Part shown: one piece after another, positions 1-8,663 of the stretch
Layout of the letters: each line of letters opens with the position of its first letter
How positions within the stretch are numbered: position 1 is the first letter of the stretch
Source: Phycisphaerae bacterium
Lineage (GTDB): Bacteria; Planctomycetota; Phycisphaerae; Sedimentisphaerales; Anaerobacaceae
DNA length: 64,000 bases
Reading direction: 5' to 3'
Assembly: GCA_030601845.1 (NCBI GenBank)
Contig: JAUWAY010000008.1
Span: 2,185-66,184, forward strand
The notes under the pieces: generated by a model
The model's database searches: none
What the model was told of the DNA's origin: nothing
What the model saw: only the letters and a program-made list of their open reading frames with translations
Position numbers and translations under genes: made by a program

Positions 1-2031
1 CACCCGTCCACCCGCCGTAAAGCTCCATAAACGCTTGCCATTTGTCGCGTTCAGAGCGTGTACGGTATGGGTGTCAATCGAAGCGACAAGGAGTTTGTTG
101 TTTGCTACGACCGGTTGAGAGAGCCGGCCGCCGATTTCTATCTGCCATAACTCCTTTACCCCGGGCCCAACATGTGTCTTGCTCGTGCCATGACGCTGGA
201 TGTCATGACGGTACATCGGCCAGTCGTCAGCCTGTGCCCTGGAGGCGCCGGATTTCCTGTTTTGAATCTCCTGGTAAGCCGGGCCTTTTTCGAGTCTTGT
301 CTCAAACTTGTGGCCCGAATCTGTCGTTTTGCCCGCCGGACCGAGCGCGGCAAATCCTAGAAGCTTCACGCCGGGCTGGCAGAAACATTGGTCGGGAGGC
401 ACATAAACCATTCCGTTGGCCGGCATGATCCCGTAGGTACACACGCCACGAAGCCAATTGTTTCGTGAGTGCTGGTCGTCTACGAAGTCCATGTATTCCA
501 ATCCTTCCATGGCGCTGATGATGTACCTGGTTGTTGCCTTGTTGCCATAGCAGCGATGATGATGCTGTGGGCTTCTCAGGGTTTCGGTGGATATCTTCTT
601 CTTTACCTCGCCTGTACGCAGGTCGTAGCCGGTGCCGGCATAATCTCTCCACACAAGGCCGTTAACGATGAATATATCCCTCCGTTTGCTGCCCTTCTTA
701 TCCTGCTTCTTCCATAGACTTCTGCCCTTCCCGGCGGAAAAAGCCTGCATTTCTGTGCGGGAGGACAAGACAACAGTTCCGTCATGCGCGGTCACCTTGT
801 CCGCGTTTTTGATCTCCGGTATGCTGGACCATACTTTCTTGCCGCTTTCCAACTCCAGGCAGATGAGGCTGTTCTTGCTGACGCAGAAGACTCGCTTATT
901 ATGGATTGCCACTGTGTCACCGCCGCGCACGCCGTCTTTCTCCCACAGTTGCCGGCCAGAATCAACTTTTATGGCGACTAATGATTTCGAGGCTACCAGG
1001 AGGATTCCGTCACTGAGACGCAGAGCGCTTGCCCCTTCCGTGCCTTTACAGACATGGAGTATCTTTCCGGACGAAGCATCAATAACAGAAACCGGAGCGC
1101 CCTGGCCAAGGGTGAAATATACCCGCTCTTCATCCGCAACAAGCAGATCCTTGACCTCTTTCGGCACAGTACTGCGCAGGCCTCCTGTGAATTTCCAGTC
1201 CGCGCCCTTCAGGTTGCTTAGCCATGTCTGCCAACCCCACTTAGGGATGGGGACCTTCCACAGGAGCACACCGTTGAAAGCGTCCCTGGCGATAAGCGAC
1301 CACTTTGCCGGAAGCCTTGAATCACTGATACCTATTGGCCCTTCGTCGAAGGTATAGAAGATGCGTCCTCCCGATGTCACCAGAGCGTTGATTCCTGAAG
1401 GGACCTCATGACTTCTCAGCCATAACGGTTTTGCGACCCACTGCATGCGCCGCGGCGGCCCGGAAACGGTATCATTCGCGACCGGGTTATTACCGGCGTC
1501 ATGCCGGTAATGGGTCCAATCGTCAATCTCCGCGGGGCGGGGTTTCGTGAACATCACGAAACCACCGCCAATGGCTGATAGTTGATGGTTGATGGTTGAC
1601 AGAAGCTGGTCGTTTGCCTTTTTTTCGATAACGGCGATGCCGTTGGGCACAAGGATACGTTCGATTTCTTTTCCTGAGACCTGCGACGGGCCACCTGACA
1701 CCACTACCAGATTAACGAGATTTTCCGCATAAGGCAGATGCTGACCGTTAAAGTCGCTTACGGAGACCTTGCCGTAGATGCCAAGTGATTGTATGTGTTT
1801 GCGGGCCTTCTCAACATTCTTCGGATCGCTATCCAGCCCGCACACAATATAGCTTTCATTGGCATGCAGGGCGGCAGTGAGTTCTCCATCACCGCTGCCA
1901 AGATGCACAATCAGCCCGCCCTTCACCCCGGCCGCTTCAAGAATGTCCGTTGCCGTATCAGCATCGGTTACACCTGAATACAAGCATGTGACGGCAAGAG
2001 TCACAGCAACCAGTTTAGTGTATGTTCTCAT
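1..2031 (-). CDS. PQQ-like beta-propeller protein with N-terminal Rossmann/methyltransferase-like segment; 3' end outside window; paralog of 32912..36055
   Basis: Absent from the ORF track because it runs off the left edge. Hand translation of the minus strand from ATG 2031..2029 gives an open 677-codon frame to position 1: MRTYTKLVAVTLAVTCLYSG (signal-like), GGLIVHLGSGDGELT, SPQHHHRCYGNKATTRYII, GIMPANGMVYVPPDQCFC. It is colinear with the ORF at 32750..36055. The plus-strand ORFs listed at 42..1357 are shadows of it. Confidence 0.85.
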   Translation of the reverse strand, partial: MRTYTKLVAVTLAVTCLYSGVTDADTATDILEAAGVKGGLIVHLGSGDGELTAALHANESYIVCGLDSDPKNVEKARKHIQSLGIYGKVSVSDFNGQHLPYAENLVNLVVVSGGPSQVSGKEIERILVPNGIAVIEKKANDQLLSTINHQLSAIGGGFVMFTKPRPAEIDDWTHYRHDAGNNPVANDTVSGPPRRMQWVAKPLWLRSHEVPSGINALVTSGGRIFYTFDEGPIGISDSRLPAKWSLIARDAFNGVLLWKVPIPKWGWQTWLSNLKGADWKFTGGLRSTVPKEVKDLLVADEERVYFTLGQGAPVSVIDASSGKILHVCKGTEGASALRLSDGILLVASKSLVAIKVDSGRQLWEKDGVRGGDTVAIHNKRVFCVSKNSLICLELESGKKVWSSIPEIKNADKVTAHDGTVVLSSRTEMQAFSAGKGRSLWKKQDKKGSKRRDIFIVNGLVWRDYAGTGYDLRTGEVKKKISTETLRSPQHHHRCYGNKATTRYIISAMEGLEYMDFVDDQHSRNNWLRGVCTYGIMPANGMVYVPPDQCFCQPGVKLLGFAALGPAGKTTDSGHKFETRLEKGPAYQEIQNRKSGASRAQADDWPMYRHDIQRHGTSKTHVGPGVKELWQIEIGGRLSQPVVANNKLLVASIDTHTVHALNATNGKRLWSFTAGGRV

Positions 2032-2293
2032 GCAACAGTTCCTTTCCCGTACGCTCAGGTCTCGTTTTCTGATACTAAATCTTCCGTCTCCCACAGGTCG
2101 ATCCACAGTAGCAGCACAAATGACGATATTCCCATAACAAATAGAATTCCGCCAATTGTGAACATAAAACCGCCGCCTACGGCGGTGTTCGTGGTTTTAA
2201 AGGGACACACGTCCCGCCTGCGGCGGAAATACCGTTCAAAATCGTTCAAGGTTCAAAGGCGTTCAAAGTTACAAGTTGAAAGGGGCATGATCA

Positions 2294-4378
2294 CTAACGC
2301 CCCGCGCTCTCTATCGGCAAAACCCCGCAACGGACTACAATTCCTACGGAATTTCGTCCGTGGACACGCCAACGATATGCCTGCCATCGTCGCTCTTGCG
2401 AAGCTTGATAATAACCGGGGGCCCTGGCCGTGTCTAGAAACCATCCGCCGTCGGCCTTGTCCAGGTCGGCCTTGCTCGTTTTCCGGGAAAGCGTCTTCCC
2501 GTTGACCGTTACCAGACTGGGGACTTTTTTCATATACATCTTCAGCCTGTAAGAGATGTCCGCGGAACCGTTGATAGTGAAGGTAGCGCCCTTCGCTGAC
2601 TCACTGCAGGAAAAGTCCGTCGGGGGAAGGCCCGTGTAAGGCTTTTTCCGGCCTTTGTATACCCTCTGGTCTCCTGCCATGGCGAATGAGCTATTGCCGG
2701 AAGGACACACCCTGACAATCAGGGGATCCATGATCGAACCCATCCAGGTCTGGTTTTTGGTGCCGGTGACCTCGATCATGGGAATAATGGCCCCGGCCTT
2801 CATGAAGAGGGGCAGCTTGTCCATGGGAACGTCATAATCCTTTATGGTCTTCCCTCCCCGGTAACGCTCGCCGGACCACCAGTCGATCCATTCACCCTTT
2901 GGCAGATAAACGTCCATGGACGTTTTCCCTTTCACTTCGGGTGCCGTTAGAATCCAATCCCCAACCAGGAATTCAAATTCTTTATCATATACCCTGACGT
3001 CGTCAGGATAATGCAGGACCAGCGGCCTTCCGATGGGATAACCTTTCTGGTGGGCCAGCTTTGAGTAAGTCCAGCGGTACGGGTAGAGCTGAGTGTAAAG
3101 AACAGCATATTTCCGATAGATATCCTGATATTTCTTTTCAAATTCATACACAGTCTTTTTCGCCCCCGCGGTCGCGTCTCCGGCGATAATCAGCTCCATG
3201 ATCGGGGAAACAGCGCCGAACTGAGACCACCTGGCAAAAATATCATCGGCGTTCCACGGGTCAAACCCTCCAACATCCGAACCCCAGAAGGCAAAGCCGG
3301 TTATACCGTAATTCAAGAAGGCCATAATGTTTGCCTGAAGCCCACCCCGCTCTTTTTCAAACAGGTGGTCGCAGTCGCCGGGCCATTTACCGGAAACATA
3401 CTTTTGTCCCCTGTTGGCAATTACGCGCGGGAGGGTGACGAAATCGTCACCGAAGACTTCATGCCAGGTTTCGTAATAGCCCTGGATGGAAAAATATGGG
3501 GCTATGCTCTGCAGGTTTCCCCTGTCGAGTTTGTACATCTGCAGATTATTGTCCCTGATAAAGGCCTGGGCATCGGATTTTAGTTTAGCAGTACCCGAGG
3601 CATCCATTATCCGTTCAAAGTCGTTCTTTCCGGCGTACTCCCACTCTGCAACCCAGATGCCCAGCTTATATCCCATGGCAATCACATCAGCGGCCATTTT
3701 GCCGCCTTCAGGATACCGTACCGGGCCCCAGGCAAAGGGAGGCGGTTTCTCCTCCATTCTATCCGGCTTGTCGGCCATTGGTTGTGGAGGCGACCAGGGA
3801 TTATCGATAAACATGAGACCGGTCGGGATGCAAGCGTCCCGCAAGCCCCGGGCATCCTTATACACTGCCCGGGTAGTACCCGAGTTCAGCCAATACCAGG
3901 GCGCAAATACCGCCCAGGGCGGAGGCAGTGCCGATCGGGAAACATGCTCGGTAAATCTGCCAATGACATCCAGCAAATCGGGCCCGTAATAAAAATACCA
4001 CAGCATGGAGGAACCCTTTACATAGCCTTTTTCATCAGGGCCGTAGCTGCTGATAATCCTGGGAGAGGAAATAACTACAGATTTTGAGGAACTGAAATCA
4101 AAACCGACGGAAAGATAGTTGTCCACCAGGACCCCGTATCCCCGAGTGCTGACATAAAAAGGAACATGGCCGCCCTGATCGGGAGTCCCGCCGTCGTTAG
4201 CCATTACCAGCTTATGGCCTTTCAAGTCCAGTGACTTCGCATTCCAGATCTTGCCCAACCCGAAAAAATGTTCGTCAGCCGATGAGACAAAGGCATCTCT
4301 GGTGTCACAAGCAGTGCCCGGTACTCTCATCCACACGGAAAACACCCGGGGGTTCCGGAAGGTCACATAAACAGTCAT
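2294..4378 (-). CDS. glycoside hydrolase family 31 (alpha-glucosidase/alpha-xylosidase type), apparently 5'-truncated with a probable 3' frameshift
   Basis: 694-aa ORF with GH31 hallmarks: EHFFGLG, MYKLDRGN (nucleophile region), WPGDCD, FWGSDVGGF. Only about 40 aa precede the FGLG motif and there is no signal peptide. The C-terminal tail after GGWFLDTARAP looks non-protein-like, while the neighbouring frame reads well. Confidence 0.85.
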   Translation of the reverse strand: MTVYVTFRNPRVFSVWMRVPGTACDTRDAFVSSADEHFFGLGKIWNAKSLDLKGHKLVMANDGGTPDQGGHVPFYVSTRGYGVLVDNYLSVGFDFSSSKSVVISSPRIISSYGPDEKGYVKGSSMLWYFYYGPDLLDVIGRFTEHVSRSALPPPWAVFAPWYWLNSGTTRAVYKDARGLRDACIPTGLMFIDNPWSPPQPMADKPDRMEEKPPPFAWGPVRYPEGGKMAADVIAMGYKLGIWVAEWEYAGKNDFERIMDASGTAKLKSDAQAFIRDNNLQMYKLDRGNLQSIAPYFSIQGYYETWHEVFGDDFVTLPRVIANRGQKYVSGKWPGDCDHLFEKERGGLQANIMAFLNYGITGFAFWGSDVGGFDPWNADDIFARWSQFGAVSPIMELIIAGDATAGAKKTVYEFEKKYQDIYRKYAVLYTQLYPYRWTYSKLAHQKGYPIGRPLVLHYPDDVRVYDKEFEFLVGDWILTAPEVKGKTSMDVYLPKGEWIDWWSGERYRGGKTIKDYDVPMDKLPLFMKAGAIIPMIEVTGTKNQTWMGSIMDPLIVRVCPSGNSSFAMAGDQRVYKGRKKPYTGLPPTDFSCSESAKGATFTINGSADISYRLKMYMKKVPSLVTVNGKTLSRKTSKADLDKADGGWFLDTARAPGYYQASQERRWQAYRWRVHGRNSVGIVVRCGVLPIESAGR

Positions 4379-5034
4379 GATAGCGATTCTCTACGAGCGA
4401 GGGTACGGACAAGAGTTCTCTTTTCATTAAGCAGTTGTTTCGAACCATCGGGCATATGGCGAAGGATAAAAAGGAACTTTCCATCGGCATTTTCATAACG
4501 CAGGTCATAGCCATATGGTGGTGTACCGCCCATCCAGCAACCGGTTTCAGATTTTGAAAGCAGCCCACGAATTGTGACCTTTGATAGGTCCTTGGATTCC
4601 TGCCTGGCCTGCCACTGTTTAACAGGTCTTAGTAGGTCATCGGTGGAATCACCGTTGAAGTTTTCACTGACATAGCGGACTTCGACACCATTGGTGCGGA
4701 GTAAATGTCGGTAGTACCCAGCCTCATCATTGTCTACGCGCCCAAATCGCTTCACGTCATAAACCACGATAATATCGAATCAGTAGGTCGGGCTTTCAGC
4801 ATCGTGAATCATCTGCTGAAAAGCTTTTCTGCCAAGGGTGGATGTGCCGCTTATGGCATCATCAATGTAGAATTTGACGAGGCGAAGGCTGTGTTCGGCG
4901 GCGTATGCTTCCAAGGCTTTCTTCTGGTCTGGGATGGATTGTTCTTGGCGGTCGGTTGACCGGCGGACGTAGCCCACCGCACGGTTCTTCTGGCGGGTAT
5001 TTGTGTTATGTCGAGTCATGTAAGTGGCCTCCAA
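4375..5034 (-). pseudogene. large serine recombinase (resolvase-domain) remnant: in-frame TGA at 4780..4782 and truncation after about 215 codons
   Basis: ORFs 4780..5034 and 4375..4767 are in the same frame. Joined, they read AVGYVRRSTDRQEQSIPDQ...DDAISGTS...SPTY*FDIIVVYDVKRFGR...GGTPPYGYDL, typical of serine recombinases (catalytic Ser in RRSTDRQ). The remaining 300 or so aa expected for a large serine recombinase are missing. The stop overlaps the GH31 ATG. Confidence 0.8.
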
Positions 5035-5798
5035 TAAAAGGTTTATGTTTATTCTATAGAGGCCTATTTGGGCAGATATAGCAAGTTTATATCGAGGTAT
5101 TTGCCCGGATATTTGCGAAATTATCCGCCTTTTTGGCGTCTTCTGGGCCGATTTTGGTAGGGGGAGCGATTATTTCTTGTGATCCAGCAATAGTGGCAGT
5201 ATTCGGGTAATATTGGGTGATCTTTGGGCTTGGTTTACAGCTTATTTTCGATGAGATTTGGCCGTGTTACGTTTTCCAGTTTGCGAGATTATTGTCTTGT
5301 ATTTTCTTTAGTTTTTTGAATGCTCTTTGTTTATTAAGGTGAAAATTTCCCAGAGTTTATCGCGTTCCATATCATATGCTTTAGAGCTTGTGATTGATTT
5401 CCTGTCGGCGCGATCAGCATGTCCACCTCTCTGAGGCGGACAAAATATAATTCTTTACCTCACAAAAGTTTACGTTGTTGCAAGTCAAAAAAGACCGGAC
5501 AAAAAGGACAAAAACTCTGACAACTTGTACCCTGTCAGGCCCCCAGTAGGCATCACGGAAGGTAATAATAGTTGCTGATGGGATGTATCTCCAGAAGCGC
5601 ATATGATGCCCCCGCTATTGTGGCAACATCTCTATGATTTAATGACAGGCACTTACGCCTGTTCTTGAATTTTGTACCCAGGGAAAACTGTAGCAAAAAT
5701 CTGACAAATTTTGCATCAGTACCAGTCTCAGAGCAGGCCAGGGCAAAAAGTAGGAAGAATTGTCATTGCTGGCGCTTCTTCACACTTCAATTTGAGGG

Positions 5799-5873
5799 AT
5801 TGTCATTCCGTGCTTGATGTGGAATCCAGGCCCTTCCGTAATTCTGGATTCCTGCTTTCGCAGGAATGGCAAT
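5799..5873. repeat. double palindromic repeat unit (ATTCCnGC..GCnGGAAT hairpins ending in GAATG(A/G)CAA), same family as 44776..44848
   Basis: attgtcattccgtgcttgatgtggaatccagg ... ctggattcctgctttcgcaggaatggcaat. The two modules are in inverted orientation. The right module matches ctggattcccgcttgtgcgggaatgacaa inside pabB at 24/29 positions by hand, with a compensatory stem change. Confidence 0.7.
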
Positions 5874-6306
5874 CATCGACCGAGCTGTGAGAGAGCACTT
5901 AGGGCATTTCCAATTAAATTTGCATGGACCTAATATGCCGGTGGCGAAAACCTGCGGTAGGCCCACAAGCTAAATATTTGTTTTTTTGGATATGTACCTG
6001 TTATTCGACCAATCCTGCCTCGTATAATAAATTCGGAGAAGCACTACTGTATTTCCGATCGAGGCCCATGGCGTCCTTGTCGGCAGTGACAGGAAAGTCG
6101 GAAAGCTTTACAAGGTGGATGTTGACAAAAGCGATGAGCATTTTATGATGGAGCCGAAAGAGCAGTTTACTGCGGTGAAGGACATTCGTTTTTAGGAATA
6201 TCAAAAATCAAAATGCGAAATGCAAAATTAAGGAATTCGTCCCTAAGGGACTCCACAATTTTATTTTTTAATTTTTGAACTTTGATTTTTCAGGTAAACG
6301 TTTCTA

Positions 6307-7482
6307 TTGAGATTTTTGAGAATAGTGATGGTTGGTAAATGGGATATCAAGTTACTACCGCCAAGTTTTTCGCCCTGGAGAGCTAAAGAGGCGCATTCGA
6401 AGGGGACGTTTCGGACGGCCAATTCAGCGTTTGGGGGCCCCAAGCAAATAGCGGTGTTAATGAGCGGCGGGGTCGACAGCAGTGTCGCTGCGCATTTGCT
6501 TGCCGAAGACGGCTGGGAGGTACTTGGTATTACAATGAAAATACCCGTATCGTGCAGCACAGACAAGCGCAGCTGTTGTGGGGCGGACGCTGCGTTTGTC
6601 TGCAACGAATTAAATATCCCCCACTACTTTGTCGATGTTACCGAAGCTTTCCAGCACCTTATAATAGAACGATTCTGTCAGGCCTATGCAAGGGGCGAAA
6701 CTCCAAATCCCTGTGCTGACTGCAACACGTTGCTGAAATTTTCATTAGTGTGGGATTTTTTGCAGGAAACATTCGGGATCAGCTACTTGGCCACAGGTCA
6801 TTACGCACGAGTTGTCAAAACTGATGGCCTGGTGCGGCTTGGTCGTGCAGAGGATAAGGGCAAGGACCAGAGTTATTTTCTTTATGGAATTGCGAGAGAA
6901 AAGCTGGGGAGGTTTGTTCTTCCTTTGGGCGAGTTAACAAAAGAACAGGTTCGCTCAATCGCTGCTGAACTAAACCTAAGTGTTGCTGATAAGACTGAAA
7001 GCATGGAGTTGTGTTTTGCCGGAGAAGGTGATTATCGAGCGGCGTTGACTGTCACTGAGGCGAATCAGGATGGTGACATAACGGATATGCAGGGTAAAAA
7101 ATTAGGCACACATAAAGGGATAGCAAACTATACGCTTGGCCAAAGGCGTGGTATTGGTTTTGCCGGCGGCCAGCCGCTTTATGTTGGCAGAATAGATGCC
7201 CAGACAAACACCATCGCACTTGGCACGCGGGAAGAAGTAAGCTGTCGCACTGTCAGGGCGAATCAGATAAATACTCTTATACCTGAGGAACTGGTTACGG
7301 ATAAACAACTCTATGGTAAAATTCGTTCATATGGAGTGCCCCGAGCTTGCAAAGTTATTGAAGTTGGCGAAAGTGATATGACGGTTGAGTTTGACGAGCC
7401 GCAATTTGCGCCGTGTCCCGGCCAAAAACTTGTTCTGTATAACGGCGATGATAGTATCATCGCCGGCAGCACAATAGTATAG
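6307..7482 (+). CDS. mnmA: tRNA-specific 2-thiouridylase MnmA
   Basis: PP-loop VLMSGGVDSSVAAHLL, PNPCADCN, ATGHYAR, ESMELCF. The true start is possibly the ATG at 6328; the N-terminal extension before the PP-loop is unusually long. Confidence 0.9.
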   Translation: MRFLRIVMVGKWDIKLLPPSFSPWRAKEAHSKGTFRTANSAFGGPKQIAVLMSGGVDSSVAAHLLAEDGWEVLGITMKIPVSCSTDKRSCCGADAAFVCNELNIPHYFVDVTEAFQHLIIERFCQAYARGETPNPCADCNTLLKFSLVWDFLQETFGISYLATGHYARVVKTDGLVRLGRAEDKGKDQSYFLYGIAREKLGRFVLPLGELTKEQVRSIAAELNLSVADKTESMELCFAGEGDYRAALTVTEANQDGDITDMQGKKLGTHKGIANYTLGQRRGIGFAGGQPLYVGRIDAQTNTIALGTREEVSCRTVRANQINTLIPEELVTDKQLYGKIRSYGVPRACKVIEVGESDMTVEFDEPQFAPCPGQKLVLYNGDDSIIAGSTIV

Positions 7483-7685
7483 GGGGATAATTAAGGGCAA
7501 ATGGATTGGTCTGGATGCGGCTTTTAAGAGCGCCGGGTTGGGTGGCTATGGTCCCGGACATATTGCTCTGGCAATAGGCAATGGTGAGCCTGAAGACTTC
7601 TTTAATTTAGTCACGACCCTTGGGCGGTTTGAAATCAACAAGGCAATAATCAGCAGAAAATAACGCCTAACGGATTCGCCGGTCA

Positions 7686-8570
7686 TTATTGCGGGCAGGG
7701 CTCATCGTCCAGGATACCTTCGAGCAGGAGATTTGCCATCACCGGGCCATCGTCAGTCATAGTCACCCATACTATATGGTCGAATCGGCATTTAGCCAGG
7801 GTCGGTTCCTTGCCCTGCGTTCCACCTGTTGTAGCTAAAACATAGTATCGCCGGCTGTTGTGCACAGATTTATCATACCTGTGCTGGTGTCCTGAAAAGA
7901 CGGTGTATGGCCTGCCCGCCAGCAGCGACTCGAACTTGTGCCAATTTTCTTTACCTTTGTCGGTGTCAAACTTTTCGTCGGGCTTCCATAATGGCTCGTG
8001 CATAAATACAAGCGTCCAGCGAACTTTGCTATTATCTTTGAGGACTTTTCGGAAATACTCAATCTGTCGGTCACCAATACAACGTCTATAAGGGTCCTCA
8101 GTATTGGCGCAGAGGAACAACACATCGTGGTAAACGAAGTGATAATAGCTTGGGCCGAGCCGTTGATGCCACTTTTTAGCCATCACTGGATTACTAATAT
8201 CATGATTGCCCGGCACATAAAAAAACGGCATTTGTAATCGATTCACTAACCCATCAAACTCGTCCCACATAGTATTTAATTCGGCGTCATCCTCGGTGTA
8301 GCCTTGAATTAAATCGCCGATAGAGATAACAAACTCAGGTTTTAAGAGGTTCAACTTCTCTACTGCATCTGCAAAGACGCCCGGCCGATGCCCGCCGGTT
8401 CGGTCAGAGACAATGGCAAATTGGAAATTATCGGCCTTATTGTATAAATTCAAATGGGTCCAGGGATTGGCCTGTTCGGATACCTGAATCTCTAAGTTTT
8501 GGTTAACGCCGGCACAGCCAACAAGAACAATTGCAAGAGCGATGAAAACAAAGTTCCTCAAGAATCTCAT
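7686..8570 (-). CDS. metallophosphoesterase (calcineurin-like), probable lipoprotein
   Basis: Signal plus lipobox LVGCAG. Phosphoesterase motifs: VSDRTGG, GDLIQG, VPGNHD, FMHEP, SGHQHRY. Confidence 0.85.
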   Translation of the reverse strand: MRFLRNFVFIALAIVLVGCAGVNQNLEIQVSEQANPWTHLNLYNKADNFQFAIVSDRTGGHRPGVFADAVEKLNLLKPEFVISIGDLIQGYTEDDAELNTMWDEFDGLVNRLQMPFFYVPGNHDISNPVMAKKWHQRLGPSYYHFVYHDVLFLCANTEDPYRRCIGDRQIEYFRKVLKDNSKVRWTLVFMHEPLWKPDEKFDTDKGKENWHKFESLLAGRPYTVFSGHQHRYDKSVHNSRRYYVLATTGGTQGKEPTLAKCRFDHIVWVTMTDDGPVMANLLLEGILDDEPCPQ

Positions 8571-8663
8571 AGTTTTTCTCCTTGGAAAGCGTAAGAAGCA
8601 AAGCGAAAAATTAAAAACTGTGGAATTTATTAGTTTTTCGTTTTTAACTTTAAGTTTTCAGTT

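Noticed and set aside
42-1357. Plus-strand ORFs (42..428, 469..717, 668..1357, 784..981) listed in the track.
   Set aside because: They overlap a continuous 677-codon minus-strand frame with clear homology to the 1101-aa propeller protein. Their own translations are low-quality (Arg/Ser/Pro-rich), so they are shadow ORFs.
2055-2249. 64-aa minus-strand ORF with one hydrophobic helix, 24 nt upstream of the propeller gene start.
   Set aside because: It depends on a TTG start, overlaps simple repeats (gttcaaa units, small hairpins) and has no recognisable family. That is not enough to call a gene.
4780-4782. In-frame TGA in the serine recombinase read as possible selenocysteine or readthrough.
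   Set aside because: No SECIS-like hairpin is evident downstream. The gene is also truncated at its 3' end, so pseudogenisation is the simpler explanation.
6001-6204. 67-aa minus-strand ORF (…VNIHLVKLSDFPVTADKDAMGLDRKY…) in the AT-rich segment next to the recombinase scar.
   Set aside because: It reads slightly protein-like and could be a gene fragment, but I cannot assign any family. It overlaps another ORF on the opposite strand.
7478-7663. 61-codon open frame between mnmA and the phosphoesterase (…GLGGYGPGHIALAIGNGEPEDFFNLVTTLGRFEINKAIISRK*).
   Set aside because: No ATG or GTG start gives the full length; only an internal TTG does. It may be a remnant or a very small gene, and this is unsupported without homology data.
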